From Eledone cirrhosa (taxonomy: Eukaryota): a stretch of DNA of 64,000 nucleotides. The position numbers and the translations under genes are program-made. Shown piece by piece: positions 38,901 to 53,800 of this stretch (the first letter of the stretch is position 1; each line of letters opens with the position of its first letter). The notes below the pieces were generated by a model that made no database searches, had not been told where the DNA came from, and saw only the letters and a program-made list of their open reading frames with translations. The stretch spans positions 21,576,001 through 21,640,000 of the forward strand of contig OZ024744.1 in assembly GCA_964016885.1 (NCBI GenBank), given 5' to 3'.

Positions 38901-41900
38901 CTTCAGACAATTAGAAGAGGTGACAGCCACAACAGCTATGACATCTTCAGACAGTTATAAGATGTGACAGCCACAACAGCTATGACATCTTCATACAGTT
39001 AGAAGAGGTGACAGGCACAACAGCTATGACATCTTTAGACAGTTAGAAGAGGTGACAGCCACAACAGCTATGATATATTCAGACAGTTAGAAGAGGTGAC
39101 AGGTACAACAGCTATGACATCTTCAGACAATTAGAAGAGGTGACAGCCACAACAGCTATGACATCTTCAGACAGTTATAAGATGTGACAGCCACAACAGC
39201 TATGACATCTTCATACAGTTAGAAGAGGTGACAGGCACAACAGCTATGACGTCTTTAGACAGTTAGAAGAGGTGACAGCCACAACAGCTATGACGTCTTT
39301 AGACAGTTAGAAGAGGTGACAGCCACAACAGCAATGACATATTCAGACAGTTAGAAGAGGTGACAGGCACAACAGTTATGACATCTTCAGACAGATAGAA
39401 GAGGTGACAGGCACAACAGCTATGACATCTTTAGACAGTTAGAAGAGGTGACAGCCACAACAGCTATGATATATTCAGACAGTTAGAAGAGGTGACAGGT
39501 ACAACAGCTATGACATCTTCAGACAATTAGAAGAGGTGACAGCCACAACAGCTATGACATCTTCAGACAGTTATAAGATGTGACAGCCACAACAGCTATG
39601 ACATCTTCATACAGTTAGAAGAGGTGACAGGCACAACAGCTATGACATCTTTAGACAGTTAGAAGAGGTGACAGCCACAACAGCTATGATATATTCAGAC
39701 AGTTAGAAGAGGTGACAGGTACAACAGCTATGACATCTTCAGACAATTAGAAGAGGTGACAGCCACAACAGCTATGACATCTTCAGACAGTTATAAGATG
39801 TGACAGCCACAACAGCTATGACATCTTCATACAGTTAGAAGAGGTGACAGGCACAACAGCTATGACGTCTTTAGACAGTTAAAAGAGGTGACAGCCACAA
39901 CAGCTATGACGTCTTTAGACAGTTAGAAGAGGTGACAGCCACAACAGCAATGACATATTCAGACAGTTAGAAGAGGTGACAGGCACAACAGCTATGACAT
40001 CTTCAGACAGTTAGAAGAGGTGACAGCCACAACAGCTATGACATCTTTAGACAGTTAGAAGAGGTGACAGCAACAACAGCTATGACATCTTCAGACAGTT
40101 AGAAGAGGTGACAGGCACAACAGCTATGACATCTTTAGACAGTTAGAAGAGGTGACAGCCACAATTGCTATGACATCTTCAGACAGAAGAGGTGACAGCT
40201 ACAACAGCTATGACATCTTCAGAGAAAAGAGGTGACAGGCACAACAGCTGTGACATCTTCAGACAGAAGAGGTGACATACGCAACAGCTATAACATCTTC
40301 AGACAGTTAGAAGAGGTGACAGGCACAACAGCTATGACATCTTTAGACAGTTAGAAGAGGTGACAACCACAACAGCTATGACATCTTTAGACAGTTAGAA
40401 GAGGTGACAGCCACAACAGCTATGACATCTTCAGACAGTTAGAAGAGGTGACCGCCACAACATCTATGACATCTTCATACAGTTAGAAGAGGTGACAGCC
40501 ACAACAGCTATGACATCTTCAGACAGTTAGAAGAGGTGACAGCCACAACAGCTATGACATCTTCAGACAGTTAGAAGAGGCGACAGCAACAACAGCTATG
40601 ACATCTTCAGACAGAAGCGGTGAAAGCCACAACAGCTATGACATCTTCAGACAGTTAGAAGAGGTGACAGCAACAACAGCTATGACATCTTCAGAATAGA
40701 AGAGGTGACAGCCACAACAGCTATGACATCTTTAGACAGTTAGAAGAGGTGAGAGCCACAACAGCTATGACATCTTTAGACAGTTAGAAGAGGTGACACC
40801 CACAACAGCTATGACATCTTCAGACAGTTAGAAGAGGTGACAAGCACAACAGCTATGACATCTTCAGACAGTTAGAAGAGGTGACAAGCACAACAGTTAT
40901 GACATCTTCAGACAGTTAGAAGAGGTGACAGCAACAACAGCTATGACATCTTCAGACAGAAGCGGTGACAGCCACAACAGCTATGACATCTTCAGACAGT
41001 TAGAAGAGGTGATAGCAACAACAGCTATGATATCTTCAGACAGAAGAGGTGACAGCCACAACAGCTATGACATCTTCAGACAGTTAGAAGAGGTGACAGC
41101 AACAACAGCTATGGCATCTTCAGACAGAAGAGGTGACAGCCACAACAGTTATGACATCTTCAGACAGATAGAAGAGGTGACAGGCACAACAGCTATGACA
41201 TCTTTAGACAGTTAGAAGAGGTGACAGCCACAACAGCTATGACATCTTTAGACAGTTAGAAGAGGTGACAGCCACAACAGCTACGACATCTTCAGACAGT
41301 TAGAAGAGGTGACAGGCACAACAGCTGTGACATCTTTAGACAGTTAGAAGAGATGACAGCCACAACAGCTATGACAACTTCAGACAGTTAGAAGAGGTGA
41401 CAGCCACAACAGCTATGACATCTTTAGACAGTTAAAAGAGGTGACAGGAAGAACAACTATGACATCTTCAGACAGTTAGAAGAGGTGACAGGCACAACAG
41501 CTATGACATCTTCAGACAGTTAGAAGAGGTGACAGGCACAACAGCTATGACATCTTCAGACAGTTAGAAGAGATGACAGCAACAACAGCTATGACATCTT
41601 CAGACAGAAGAGGTGACAGCCACAACAGCTATGACATCTTTAGACAGTTAGAAGAGGTGACAGCAACAACAGCTATGACATCTTCAGACAGTTAGAAGAG
41701 GTGACAGGCACAACAACTATGACATCTTTAGACAGTTAGAAGAGGTGACAGCCACAACTGCTATGACATCTTCAGACAGAAGAGGTGACAGCTACAACAG
41801 CTATGACATCTTCAGACAGTTAGAAGAGGTGACAGGCACAACAGCTATGACATCTTTAGACAGTTAGAAGAGGTGACAGCCACAACAGCTACGACATCTT

Positions 41901-42540
41901 CAGACAGTTAGAAGAGGTGACAGGCACAACAGCTATGACATCTTCAGACAGAAGAGGTGACAGCCACAACAGCTATGACATCTTCAGACAGTTAGAAGAG
42001 GTGACAGCCTCAACAGCTATGTCGTCTTTAGACTGTTAGAAGAGGTGACAGGAAGAACAACTATGACATCTTCGGACAGTTAGAAGAGGTGACAGGCACA
42101 ACAGCTATGACATCTTCAGACAGTTAGAAGAGGTGACAGGCACAACAGCTATGACATCTTCAGACAATTAGAAGAGGTGACAGCAACAACAGCTATGACA
42201 TCTTCAGACAGAAGAGGTGACAGCCACAACAGCTATGACATCTTCAGACAGTTAGAAGAGGTGACAGCCTCAACAGCTATGTCGTCTTTAGACTGTTAGA
42301 AGAGGTGACAGGAACAACAGCTATGACATCTTCAGACAGTTAGAAGAGGTGACAGGCACAACAGCTATGACATCTTCAGACAGTTAGAAGAGGTGACAGT
42401 AACAACAGCTATGGCATCTTCAGACAGAAGAGGTTACAGCCACAACAGTTATGACATCTTCAGACAAATAGAAGAGGTGACAGGCACAACAGCTATGACA
42501 TCTTTAGACAGTTAGAAGAGGTGACAGCCACAACAGCTAT
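35940..42540. repeat. 3,689 bp-period duplication in sub-domain B
   Basis: The 41 bp monomer TTCAGAATAGAAG at 37001/40690, ORFs 37236/40925 and TGATATATTC at 35998/39687 share offset 3689. Confidence 0.9.
38770..39990. repeat. Nested micro-amplification: a 220 bp (5-mer) duplication inside a duplicated 616 bp (14-mer) unit
   Basis: TGATATATTC...GGTAC...GACAATT...TTATAAGATG...TTCATAC recurs at 38851, 39071, 39467 and 39687 (spacings 220, 396, 220). Confidence 0.85.
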
Positions 42541-45500
42541 GACATATTCAGACAGTTAGAAGAGGTGACAGGTACAACCGCTATGACATCTTCAGACAAT
42601 TAGAAGAGGTGACAGCCACAACAGCTATGACATCTTCAGACAGTTATATGATGTGACAGCCACAACAGCTATGACATATTCAGACAGTTAGAAGAGGTGA
42701 CAGGCACAACAGCTATGACATCTTCAGACAGTTAGAAGAGGTGACAGCCACAACAGCTATGACATCTTTAGACAGTTAGAAGAGGTGACAGCAACAACAG
42801 CTATGACATCTTCAGACAGTTAGAAGAGGTGACAGGCACAACAGCTATGACATCTTTAGACAGTTAGAAGAGGTGACAGCCACAATTGGACATCTTCAGA
42901 CAGAAGAGGTGACAGCTACAACAGCTATGACATCTTCAGAGAGAAGAGGTGACAGGCACAACAGCTATGACATCTTCAGACAGAAGAGGTGACATACGCA
43001 ACAGCTATAACATCTTCAGACAGTTAGAAGAGGTGACAGGCACAACAGCTATGACATCTTTAGACAGTTAGAAGAGGTGACAACCACAACAGCTATGACA
43101 TCTTTAGACAGTTAGAAGAGGTGACAGCCACAACAGCTATGACATCTTCAGACAGTTAGAAGAGGTGACCGCCACAACATCTATGACATCTTCATACAGT
43201 TAGAAGAGGTGACAGCAACAACAGCTATGACATCTTCAGACAGTTAGAAGAGGTGACAGCCACAACAGCTATGACATCTTCAGACAGTTAGAAGAGGTGA
43301 CAGCAACAACAGCTATGACATCTTCAGACAGAAGCGGTGACAGCCACAACAGCTATGACATCTTCAGACAGTTAGAAGAGGTGACAGCAACAACAGCTAT
43401 GACATCTTCAGACAGTTAGAAGAGGTGACAGCCACAACAGCTATGACATCTTTAGACAGTTAGAAGAGGTGACAGCCACAACAGCTATGACATCTTTAGA
43501 CAGTTAGAAGATGTGACAGCCACAACAGCTATGACATCTTCAGACAGTTAGAAGAGGTGACAAGCACAACAGCTATGACATCTTCAGACAGTTAGAAGAG
43601 GTGACAAGCACAACAGTTATGACATCTTCAGACAGTTAGAAGAGGTGACAGCAACAACAGCTATGACATCTTCAGACAGAAGCGGTGACAGCCACAACAG
43701 CTATGACATCTTCAGACAGTTAGAAGAGGTGATAGCAACAACAGCTATGACATCTTCAGACAGAAGAGGTGACAGCCACAACAGCTATGACATCTTCAGA
43801 CAGTTAGAAGAGGTGACAGCAACAACAGCTATGGCATCTTCAGACAGAAGAGGTGACAGCCACAACAGTTATGACATCTTCAGACAGATAGAAGAGGTGA
43901 CAGGCACAACAGCTATGACATCTTTAGACAGTTAGAAGAGGTGACAGCCACAACAGCTATGACATATTCAGACAGTTAGAAGAGGTGACAGGCACAACAG
44001 CTATGACATCTCCAGACAGTGAGAAGAGGTGACAGACACAACAACAATGACATATTCAGACAGAAGAGGTGACAGCCACAACAGCTATCACATCTTCAGA
44101 GAGAAGAGGTGACAGGCACAACAGCTATGACATCTTCAGACAGAAGAGGTGACAGACACAACGGCTATAACATCTTCAGACAGTTAGAAGAGGTGACAGG
44201 CACAACAGCTATGACATCTTCAGAGAGTTAGAAACGGTGACAGCCACAACAGCTATGACTTCTTCAGACAGTTAGAAGAGGTGACAGCCACAACAGCTCT
44301 GACATATTCAGACAGTTAGAAGAGGTGACAGGCACAACAGCTATGACATCTTCAGACAGTTAGAAGAAGTGACAGGAACAACAGCTATGACATCTTCAGA
44401 TAGTTAGAAGAGGTGACAGGCACAACAGCTATGACATCTTCAGACAGTTAGAAGAGGTGACAGCAACAAAAGCTATGACATCTTCAGACAGTTACAAGAG
44501 TTGACAGGCACAGGAGCTATGACATCTACAGACAGAAGAGGTGACAACCACAACAGCTATGACATCTTTAGACAGTTAGAAGAGGTGACAGGCACAACAG
44601 CTGTGACATCTTTAGACAGTTAGAAGAGATGACAGCCACAACAGCTATGACAACTTCAGACAGTTAGAAGAGGTGACAGCCACAACAGCTATGACATCTT
44701 TAGACAGTTAAAAGAGGTGACAGGAAGAACAACTATGACATCTTCAGACAGTTAGAAGAGGTGACAGGCACAACAGCTATGACATCTTCAGACAGTTAGA
44801 AGAGGTGACAGGCACAACAGCTATGACATCTTCAGACAGTTAGAAGAGATGACAGCAACAACAGCTATGACATCTTCAGACAGAAGAGGTGACAGCCACA
44901 ACAGCTATGACATCTTTAGACAGTTAGAAGAGGTGACAGCAACAACAGCTATGACATCTTCAGACAGTTAGAAGAGGTGACAGGCACAACAACTATGACA
45001 TCTTTAGACAGTTAGAAGAGGTGACAGCCACAACTGCTATGACATCTTCAGACAGAAGAGGTGACAGCTACAACAGCTATGACATCTTCAGACAGTTAGA
45101 AGAGGTGACAGGCACAACAGCTATGACATCTTTAGACAGTTAGAAGAGGTGACAGCCACAACAGCTACGACATCTTCAGACAGTTAGAAGAGGTGACAGG
45201 CACAACAGCTATGACATCTTTAGACAGTTAGAAGAGGTGACAGCCACAACAGCTATGACATCTTCAGACAGTTAGAAGAGGTGACAGCGACAACAGCTTT
45301 GACATCTTTAGACAGTTAGAAGAGGTGACAGGAAGAACAACTATGACATCTTCGGACAGTTAGAAGAGGTGACAGGCACAACAGCTATGACATCTTCAGA
45401 CAGTTAGAAGAGGTGACAGGCACAACAGCTATGACATCTTCAGACAATTAGAAGAGGTGACAGCAACAACAGCTATGACATCTTCAGACAGAAGAGGTGA

Positions 45501-47140
45501 CAGCCACAACAGCTATGACATCTTCAGACAGTTAGAAGAGGTGACAGCCTCAACAGCTATGTCGTCTTTAGACTGTTAGAAGAGGTGACAGGAACAACAG
45601 CTATGACATCTTCAGACAGTTAGAAGAGGTGACAGGCACAACAGCTATGACATCTTCAGACAGTTAGAAGAGGTGACAGTAACAACAGCTATGGCATCTT
45701 CAGACAGAAGAGGTTACAGCCACAACCGTTATGACATCTTCAGACAAATAGAAGAGGTGACAGGCACAACAGCTATGACATCTTTAGACAGTTAGAAGAG
45801 GTGACAGCCACAACAGCTATGACATATTCAGACAGTTAGAAGAGGTGACAGGTACAACCGCTATGACATCTTCAGACAATTAGAAGAGGTGACAGCCACA
45901 ACAGCTATGACATCTTCAGACAGTTATATGATGTGACAGCCACAACAGCTATGACATATTCAGACAGTTAGAAGAGGTGACAGGCACAACAGCTATGACA
46001 TCTTCAGACAGTTAGAAGAGGTGACAGCCACAACAGCTATGACATCTTTAGACAGTTAGAAGAGGTGACAGCAACAACAGCTATGACATCTTCAGACAGT
46101 TAGAAGAGGTGACAGGCACAACAGCTATGACATCTTTAGACAGTTAGAAGAGGTGACAGCCACAATTGGACATCTTCAGACAGAAGAGGTGACAGCTACA
46201 ACAGCTATGACATCTTCAGAGAGAAGAGGTGACAGGCACAACAGCTATGACATCTTCAGACAGAAGAGGTGATATACGCAACAGCTATAACATCTTCAGA
46301 CAGTTAGAAGAGGTGACAGGCACAACAGCTATGACATCTTTAGACAGTTAGAAGAGGTGACAACCACAACAGCTATGACATCTTTAGACAGTTAGAAGAG
46401 GTGACAGCCACAACAGCTATGACATCTTCAGACAGTTAGAAGAGGTGACCGCCACAACATCTATGACATCTTCATACAGTTAGAAGAGGTGACAGCAACA
46501 ACAGCTATGACATCTTCAGACAGTTAGAAGAGGTGACAGCCACAACAGCTATGACATCTTCAGACAGTTAGAAGAGGTGACAGCAACAACAGCTATGACA
46601 TCTTCAGACAGAAGCGGTGACAGCCACAACAGCTATGACATCTTCAGACAGTTAGAAGAGGTGACAGCAACAACAGCTATGACATCTTCAGACAGTTAGA
46701 AGAGGTGACAGCCACAACAGCTATGACATCTTTAGACAGTTAGAAGAGGTGACAGCCACAACAGCTATGACATCTTTAGACAGTTAGAAGATGTGACAGC
46801 CACAACAGCTATGACATCTTCAGACAGTTAGAAGAGGTGACAAGCACAACAGCTATGACATCTTCAGACAGTTAGAAGAGGTGACAAGCACAACAGTTAT
46901 GACATCTTCAGACAGTTAGAAGAGGTGACAGCAACAACAGCTATGACATCTTCAGACAGAAGCGGTGACAGCCACAACAGCTATGACATCTTCAGACAGT
47001 TAGAAGAGGTGATAGCAACAACAGCTATGACATCTTCAGACAGAAGAGGTGACAGCCACAACAGCTATGACATCTTCAGACAGTTAGAAGAGGTGACAGC
47101 AACAACAGCTATGGCATCTTCAGACAGAAGAGGTGACAGC
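41300..47140. repeat. About 3,280 bp-period duplication
   Basis: CACAATTGGACATC at 42881/46161 and ORFs 43645/46925 are offset by 3280. CTGTGACATCTTT at 41325/44601 is offset by 3276. Confidence 0.88.
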
Positions 47141-50100
47141 CACAACAGCTATGACATCTTCAGATTATTAGAAGAGGTGAAAGCCACAACAGCTATGACA
47201 TCTTCAGACAGAAGAGGTGACAGCCACAACAGCTATGACATCTTCAGACTGTTAGAAGAGGTGACAGCCACAACAGCTATAACATCTTCAGATAGTTAGA
47301 AGAGGTGACAGGCACAACAGCTATGACATCTTCAGACAGTTAGAAGAGGTGACAGGCACAACAGCTATGACATGTTCTGTCAGTTAGAAGAGGTGACAGC
47401 CACAACAGCTATGACATCTTTAGACAGTTAGAAGAGGTGACAGCCACAACAGTTATGACATCTTCAGACAGATAGAAGAGGTGACAGGCACAACAGCTAT
47501 GACATCTTTAGACAGTTAGAAGAGGTGACAGCCACAACAGCTATGACATATTCAGACAGTTAGAAGAGGTGACAGGCACAACAGCTATGACATCTCCAGA
47601 CAGTGAGAAGAGGTGACAGACACAACAACAATGACATATTCAGACAGAAGAGGTGACAGCCACAACAGCTATCACATCTTCAGAGAGAAGAGGTGACAGG
47701 CACAACAGCTATGACATCTTCAGACAGAAGAGGTGACAGACACAACGGCTATAACATCTTCAGACAGTTAGAAGAGGTGACAGGCACAACAGCTATGACA
47801 TCTTCAGAGAGTTAGAAACGGTGACAGCCACAACAGCTATGACTTCTTCAGACAGTTAGAAGAGGTGACAGCCACAACAGCTCTGACATATTCAGACAGT
47901 TAGAAGAGGTGACAGGCACAACAGCTATGACATCTTCAGACAGTTAGAAGAAGTGACAGGAACAACAGCTATGACATCTTCAGATAGTTAGAAGAGGTGA
48001 CAGGCACAACAGCTATGACATCTTCAGACAGTTAGAAGAGGTGACAGCAACAAAAGCTATGACATCTTCAGACAGTTACAAGAGTTGACAGGCACAGGAG
48101 CTATGACATCTACAGACAGAAGAGGTGACAACCACAACAGCTATGACATATTCAGACAGTTAGAAGAGGTGACAGCCACAACAGCTATGACATATTCAGA
48201 CAGAAGAGGTGACAGGCACAACAGCTAAGACATCTTCAGAGAGTTAGAAGAGGTGACAGCAACAACAGCTATGACATCTTCAGACAGTCAGAAGAGGTGA
48301 CAGGCACAACAGCTATGATATCTTTAGACAGTTTGAAGAGGTGACAGCCACAACAGCTATGACATCTTCAGACAGAAGAGGTGACAGCTACAACAGCTAT
48401 GACATCTTCAGAGAGAAGAGGTGACATGCACAACAGCTATGACATCTTCAGACAGAAGAGGTGACATACGCAACAGCTATAACATCTTCAGACAGTTAGA
48501 AGAGGTGACAGGCACAACAGCTATGACATCTTTAGACAGTTAGAAGAGGTGACAACCACAACAGCTATGACATCTTTAGACAGTTAGAAGAGGTGACAGC
48601 CACAACAGCTATGACATCTTCAGACAGTTAGAAGAGGTGACAGGCACAACAGCTATGACATCTTTAGACAGTTAGAAGAGGTGACAGCCACAACAGCTAT
48701 GACAGCTTCAGACAGTTAGAAGAGGTGACAGGAACAACAGCAATGACATCTTCAGACAGTTAGAAGAGGTGACAGCAACAACAGCTATGACATCTTCGGA
48801 CAGAAGAGGTGACAGCCACAAAAGCTATGACATCTTCAGACAGTTAGAAGAGGTGACAGCAACAACAGCTATGACATATTCAGACAGAAGAGGTGACAGC
48901 CACAACAGCTATGACATCTTCAGACAGTTAGAAGAGGTGACAGCCTCAACAGCTATGACGTCTTTAGACAGTTAGAAGAGGTGACAGGAACAACAGCTAT
49001 GACATCTTCAGACAGTTAGAAGAGGTGACAGGCACAACAGCTATGACATCTTCAGACAGTTAGAAGAGGTGACAGCCACAACAGTTATGACATCTTCAGA
49101 CAGATAGAAGAGGTGACAGGCACAACAGCTATGACATCTTTAGACAGTTAGAAGAGGTGACAGCCACAACAGCTATGACATATTCAGACAGTTAGAAGAG
49201 GTGACAGGCACAACAGCTATGACATCTTCAGACAGTTAGAAGAGGTGACAGCCACAACAGCTATGACATCTTCAGACAGTTATAAGATGTGACAGCCACA
49301 ACAGCTATGACATATTCAGACATTTAGAAGAGGTGACAGGCACAACAGCTATGACATCTTTAGACAGTTAGAGGAGGTGACAGGCACAACAGCTATGACA
49401 TCTTCAGACAGTTAGAAGAGGTGACAGCCACAACAGCTATGACATCTTCAGACAGAAGAGGTGACAGCCACAACAGCTATGACATCTTCAGACAGAAGAG
49501 GTGACATACGCAACAGCTATAACATCTTCAGACAGTTAGAAGAGGTGACAGGCACAACAGCTATGACATCTTTAGAGAGTTAGAAGAGGTGACAACCACA
49601 ACAGCTATGACATCTTTAGACAGTTAGAAGAGGTGACAGCCACAACAGGTATGACATCTTCAGACAGTTAGAAGAGGTGACCGCCACAACATCTATGACA
49701 TCTTCATACAGTTAGAAGAGGTGACAGCCACAACAGCTATGACATCTTTAGACAGTTAGAAGAGGTGACAGCCACAACAGCTATGACATCTTCAGACAGT
49801 TAGAAGAGGTGACAAGCACAACAGCTATGACATCTTCAGACAGTTAGAAGAGGTGACAAGCACAACAGTTATGACATCTTCAGACAGTTAGAAGAGGTGA
49901 CAGCAACAACAGCTATGACATCTTCAGACAGAAGCGGTGACAGCCACAACAGCTATGACATCTTCAGACAGTTAGAAGAGGTGATAGCAACAACAGCTAT
50001 GACATCTTCAGACAGAAGAGGTGACAGCCACAACAGCTATGACATCTTCAGACAGTTAGAAGAGGTGACAGCAACAACAGCTATGGCATCTTCAGACAGT

Positions 50101-50829
50101 AGAGGTGACAGCCACAACAGTTATGACATCTTCAGACAGATAGAAGAGGTGACAGGCACAACAGCTATGACATCTTTAGACAGTTAGAAGAGGTAACAGC
50201 CACAACAGCTATGACATATTCAGACAGTTAGAAGAGGTGACAGGCACAACAGCTATGACATCTCCAGACAGTGAGAAGAGGTGACAGCCACAACAACAAT
50301 GACATATTCAGACAGAAGAGGTGACAGCCACAACAGCTATCACATCTTCAGAGAGAAGAGGTGACAGGCACAACAGCTATGACATCTTCAGACAGAAGAG
50401 GTGACAGACACAACGGCTATAACATCTTCAGACAGTTAGAAGAGGTGACAGGCACAACAGCTATGACATCTTCAGAGAGTTAGAAGAGGTGACAGCCACA
50501 ACAGCTATGATTTCTTCAGACAGTTAGAAGAGGTGACAGCCACAACAGCTCTGACATATTCAGACAGTTAGAAGAGGTGACAGGCACAACAGCTATGACA
50601 TCTTCAGACAGTTAGAAGAAGTGACAGGAACAACAGCTATGACATCTTCAGATAGTTAGAAGAGGTGACAGGCACAACAGCTATGACATCTTCAGACAGT
50701 TAGAAGAGGTGAAAGCAACAAAAGCTATGACATCTTCAGACAGTTACAAGAGTTGACAGGCACAGCAGCTATGACATCTACAGACAGAAGAGGTGACAAC
50801 CACAACAGCTATGACATATTCAGACAGTT

Positions 50830-53800
50830 AGAAGAGGTGACAGCCACAACAGCTATGACATATTCAGACAGAAGAGGTGACAGGCACAACAGCTAAGACA
50901 TCTTCAGAGAGTTAGAAGAGGTGACAGCAAAAACAGCTATGACATCTTCAGACAGTCAGAAGAGGTGACAGGCACAACAGCTATGATATCTTTAGACAGT
51001 TAGAAGAGGTGACAGCCACAACAGCTATGACATCTTCAGACAGAAGAGGTGACAGCTACAACAGCTATGACATCTTCAGAGAGAAGAGGTGACATGCACA
51101 ACAGCTATGACATCTTCAGACAGAAGAGGTGACATACGCAACAGCTATAACATCTTCAGACAGTTAGAAGAGGTGACAGGCACAACAGCTATGACATCTT
51201 TAGACAGTTAGAAGAGGTGACAACCACAACAGCTATGACATCTTTAGACAGTTAGAAGAGGTGACAGCCACAACAGCTATGACATCTTCAGACAGTTAGA
51301 AGAGGTGACAGGCACAACAGCTATGACATCTTTAGACAGTTAGAAGAGCTGACAGCCACAAGAGCTATGACATCTTCAGACAGTTAGAAGAGGTGACAGG
51401 AACAACAGCTATGACATCTTCAGACAGTTAGAAGAGGTGACAGCAACGACAGCTATGACATCTTCGGACAGAAGAGGTGACAGCCACAAAAGCTATGACA
51501 TCTTCAGACAGTTAGAAGAGGTGACAGCAACAACAGCTATGACATCTTCAGACAGAAGAGGTGACAGCCACAACAGCTATGACATCTTCAGACAGTTAGA
51601 AGAGGTGACAGCCTCAACAGCTATGACGTCTTTAGACAGTTAGAAGAGGTGACACGAACAACAGCTATGACATCTTCAGATAGTTAGAAGAGGTGACAGG
51701 CACAACAGCTATGACATCTTCAGACAGTTAGAAGAGGTGACAGTAACAACAGCTATGGCATCTTCAGACAGAAGAGGTGATAGCCACAACAGTTATGACA
51801 TCTTCAGACAGATAGAAGAGGTGACAGCCACAACAGCTATGACATATTCAGACAGTTAGAAGGGGTGACAGGCACCACAGCTATGACATCTTCAGACAGT
51901 TAGAAGAGGTGACAGCCACAACAGCTATGACACCTTCAGACAATTATAAGATGTGACAGCCACAACAGCTATGACATATTCAGACAGTTAGAAGAGGTGA
52001 CAGGCACAACAGTTATGACATCTTCAGACAGTTAGAAGAGGTGACAGCAACAACAGCTATGGCATCTTCAGACAGATAGAAGAGGTGACAGGCACAACAG
52101 CTATGACATCTTTAGACAGTTAGAGGAGGTGACAGCCACAACAGCTATGACATATTCAGACAGTTAGAAGAGGTGACAGGCACAACAGCTATGACATCTT
52201 CAGACATTTAGAAGAGGTGACAGCCACAACAGCTATGACATCTTTAGACAGTTAGAAGAAGTGACAGGAACAACAGCTATGACATCTTCAGACAGTTAGA
52301 AGAGGTGACAGGCACAACAGGTATGACATCTTCAGACAGTTAGAAGAGGTGACAGCAACAAAAGCTATGACATCTTCAGACAGTTACAAGAGTTGACAGG
52401 CACAACAGCTATGACATCTACAGACAGAAGAGGTGACAACCACAACAGCTATGACATATTCAGACAGTTAGAAGAGGTGACAGGCACAACAGCTATGACA
52501 TCTTTAGACAGATAGAAGAGGTGACAGCCACAACAGCTATGACATCTTCAGCCAGTTAGAAGAGGTGACAGCCACAACAGCTATGACATCTTTAGACAGT
52601 TAGAAGAGGTGACAGCCACAACAGCTATGACATCTTCAGCCAGTTAGAAGAGGTGACAGCCACAACAGCTATGACATCTTTAGACAGTTAGAAGAGGTGA
52701 CAGCCACAACAGCTATGACATCTTCAGACAGTGAGAAGAGGTGACAGGCACAACAGCTATGACATCTTCAGACAGTTAGAAGAGGTGACAGCCACAACAG
52801 CTATGACGTCTTTAGACAGTTAGAAGAGGTGAAAGGAACAACAGCTATGACATCTTCAGAGAGTTAGAAGAGGTGACATGCACAACAGCTATGACATCTT
52901 CAGACAGTTAGAAGATGTTACAGCAACAACAGCTATGGCATCTTCAGACAGAAGAGGTGACAGCCACAACAGCTATGACATATTCAGACAGAAGAGGTGA
53001 CAGGCACAACAGCTAAGACATCTTCAGAGAGTTAGAAGAGGTGACAGCAAAAACAGCTATGACATCTTCAGACAGTCAGAAGAGGTGACAGGCACAACAG
53101 CTATGATATCTTTAGACAGTTAGAAGAGGTGACAGCCACAACAGCTATGACATCTTCAGACAGAAGAGGTGACAGCTACAACAGCTATGACATCTTCAGA
53201 GAGAAGAGGTGACATGCACAACAGCTATGACATCTTCAGACAGAAGAGGTGACATACGCAACAGCTATAACATCTTCAGACAGTTAGAAGAGGTGACAGG
53301 CACAACAGCTATGACATCTTTAGACAGTTAGAAGAGGTGACAACCACAACAGCTATGACATCTTTAGACAGTTAGAAGAGGTGACAGCCACAACAGCTAT
53401 GACATCTTCAGACAGTTAGAAGAGGTGACAGGCACAACAGCTATGACATCTTTAGACAGTTAGAAGAGCTGACAGCCACAAGAGCTATGACATCTTCAGA
53501 CAGTTAGAAGAGGTGACAGGAACAACAGCTATGACATCTTCAGACAGTTAGAAGAGGTGACAGCAACGACAGCTATGACATCTTCGGACAGAAGAGGTGA
53601 CAGCCACAAAAGCTATGACATCTTCAGACAGTTAGAAGAGGTGACAGCAACAACAGCTATGACATCTTCAGACAGAAGAGGTGACAGCCACAACAGCTAT
53701 GACATCTTCAGACAGTTAGAAGAGGTGACAGCCTCAACAGCTATGACGTCTTTAGACAGTTAGAAGAGGTGACACGAACAACAGCTATGACATCTTCAGA

